From an uncultured delta proteobacterium (GTDB lineage Bacteria > Desulfobacterota > Binatia > UBA9968), in the NCBI GenBank assembly GCA_963755715.1, contig CAVWLW010000025.1, positions 1-64,000 of the forward strand: DNA of 64,000 nt. Reading direction: 5' to 3'. Position 1 is the stretch's first letter; the number at the start of each line of letters is the position of its first letter. Of this stretch, positions 62,493-64,000 are shown in pieces. The notes under the pieces were generated by a model that was not told the DNA's origin, searched no databases, and saw nothing but the letters and a program-made list of their open reading frames with translations. Position numbers and translations under genes: made by a program.

Positions 62493-63632
62493 ATGGCGTC
62501 ACAGCGCAGAGAAATCATGTTGGTAGTCGGCGAAGCCTCCGGCGACGCGCACGGCGCCCAATTGGTCGACGCCTTGCACGAAAAAGAGCCCGCGCTGAAA
62601 GTCTACGGGGTCGGCGGTGAACAATTGCAACGAACCCGGTTCGAGACGCTTTTCAGCGTCGCCAAATTGACCGGCATGGGTCTCGTCGAACTGGCCGGCA
62701 ACTTGAAAAACCTCTGGCGCGCTTACTCGATCCTCAAACAGGCGCTGCGAGAGCGGCGGCCCAACTTGTTGGTGCTGATCGACTTCCCTGAATTCAATTT
62801 GCGCTTGGCCCGTTATGCCAAGTCGTTGCGCATTCCAGTTCTCTATTACGTGAGCCCGCAAATCTGGGCGTGGCGTAAAGGACGGGTACGCCAAATCGCC
62901 CGTTGGGTTGATCGCATGGCGGTGATCTTTCCGTTCGAGGCACCCTTTTACCAACGCCACGGCATCAATGCAACGTTCGTCGGCCATCCGCTTTTGGAAA
63001 CCGTCAAAGCCGACAAAAGCCGGGAGGAAACTCTGGCTAAACTTGGGCTCGATCCCCAACAACCGGTCATCGCCTTGTTGCCGGGCAGCCGGCTTGCCGA
63101 GATCAGTCAGCATTTGCCGGTCATGCGCGACGCGGCGGTGCGGCTCCGCCGCGAACGGCGGGTACAATTTTTTTGCGTGCGCGCGACCACGATCGCTGCG
63201 GCGGAGGTCCTCTCGATACTCGACGGGTCGGCGCCGTCCATTTCCGTTGTTGACAGCGATCGCTACAATGCCGTGCACGCCGCCGACTTGGTCTGGACGG
63301 CTTCGGGGACGGCCACGCTGGAAACGGCTTTGCTCGGCCGGCCGATGATTATTGTTTATCGTGTATCCTGGTTAACTTATTGGATCGCGCGCTGGCTCGT
63401 GCGCGTCGACCACATCGGCATGGTCAATTTGATCGCCGAGGAACGGCTGATGCCGGAACTCATCCAAAGCGATATGAATTCAGAGCGGCTCGCCGCGGAG
63501 ACGCGCCTCTTGCTCGACGACACCAAGGCACGCACCGGCATGGTTGAAAAGCTGGCCAAGCTGCGCGAGCGCTTGGGCACGCCGGGAGCGGCGCAACGGG
63601 TGGCGGACCTTGCTCTTGGGATGATGCGCTAA
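62493..63632 (+). CDS. lpxB: Lipid-A-disaccharide synthase
   Basis: GEASGD, IDFPEFN, SPQIWAWR, LPGSR, SGTATLE. Confidence 0.97.
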   Translation: MASQRREIMLVVGEASGDAHGAQLVDALHEKEPALKVYGVGGEQLQRTRFETLFSVAKLTGMGLVELAGNLKNLWRAYSILKQALRERRPNLLVLIDFPEFNLRLARYAKSLRIPVLYYVSPQIWAWRKGRVRQIARWVDRMAVIFPFEAPFYQRHGINATFVGHPLLETVKADKSREETLAKLGLDPQQPVIALLPGSRLAEISQHLPVMRDAAVRLRRERRVQFFCVRATTIAAAEVLSILDGSAPSISVVDSDRYNAVHAADLVWTASGTATLETALLGRPMIIVYRVSWLTYWIARWLVRVDHIGMVNLIAEERLMPELIQSDMNSERLAAETRLLLDDTKARTGMVEKLAKLRERLGTPGAAQRVADLALGMMR

Positions 63633-63648
63633 AAAAGGCGGTACGTGA

Positions 63649-64000
63649 GTGAAGTATTACATTCGACTCTTGGGTTATTTGAAGCCCTATGTTTGGCCCT
63701 ATTTCATTTTGGGAATGGTCTGCATGCTCGCCTTCGGCGCCACCGATGGCGCGATCCCATTTTTGGTCCAGCACATCATGGACGATGTTTTTGCGCGCAA
63801 GGATCAGACGGTTTTATCCTATTTGCCGCTGGTGGTGATCGGTATCTTTGCCTTCCGCGGTTTCATGAACTTCGGTCAAAGCTATCTCAACGATTATGTG
63901 GGACTGCGCATCATCAACGACGCCAGAAATCAGCTCAATCGCCATTTTCAATCCCTGTCGTTGTCGTTTTTTCTCAGAAATCCGACCGGCACACTACTCA
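63649..64000 (+). CDS. msbA: Lipid A exporter MsbA (5' part, runs off the window)
   Basis: GTG start, MKYYIRLLGYLKPY..MDDVF..FRGFMNF..LSLSFF..TGTLL ABC transmembrane domain; follows lpxB. Confidence 0.85.
   Translation, partial: MKYYIRLLGYLKPYVWPYFILGMVCMLAFGATDGAIPFLVQHIMDDVFARKDQTVLSYLPLVVIGIFAFRGFMNFGQSYLNDYVGLRIINDARNQLNRHFQSLSLSFFLRNPTGTLL

Noticed and set aside
59420-63278. Long antisense ORFs over the lpx genes (and similar ones elsewhere)
   Set aside because: Shadow frames expected from GC-rich codon bias; no motifs or RBS

Overview
GC-rich bacterial chromosomal window, probably from a Binatia/Deltaproteobacteria-like diderm (inferred from gene style and many stand-alone ABC substrate-binding proteins). 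The right third is core: SUF Fe-S operon, metF, lysS, lolCE/lolD, bamA-skp-lpxD-fabZ-lpxA-lpxI-(gnnA-like)-lpxB-msbA. The middle holds hisS-aspS, cofH-like, def, ppk2, a fluoride riboswitch-crcB-DUF190 locus and an aapJQM-like transporter. The left holds a REP-associated tyrosine transposase with three 28-bp GTAG palindromes, UbiD, tupABC and hsp20-lon. The best candidate for an undescribed system is an orphan GrdE/GrdB-like reductase B-component pair (20088-22691, minus). Its selenoprotein reads through an in-frame UGA with a SECIS-like hairpin, but UxxCxxC has become UxxGxxS, and its partner lacks the cleavage-site Cys. Also notable are a SUF operon with no sufB that ends in an atypical truncated globin, sigma54-type promoters ahead of small genes missed by the ORF track, and a gene-fragment mosaic at 37.8-45 kb. 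About 15 genes, including essential ones, carry single-base frameshifts, most likely long-read errors. All calls are from reading the sequence; no database search was run.
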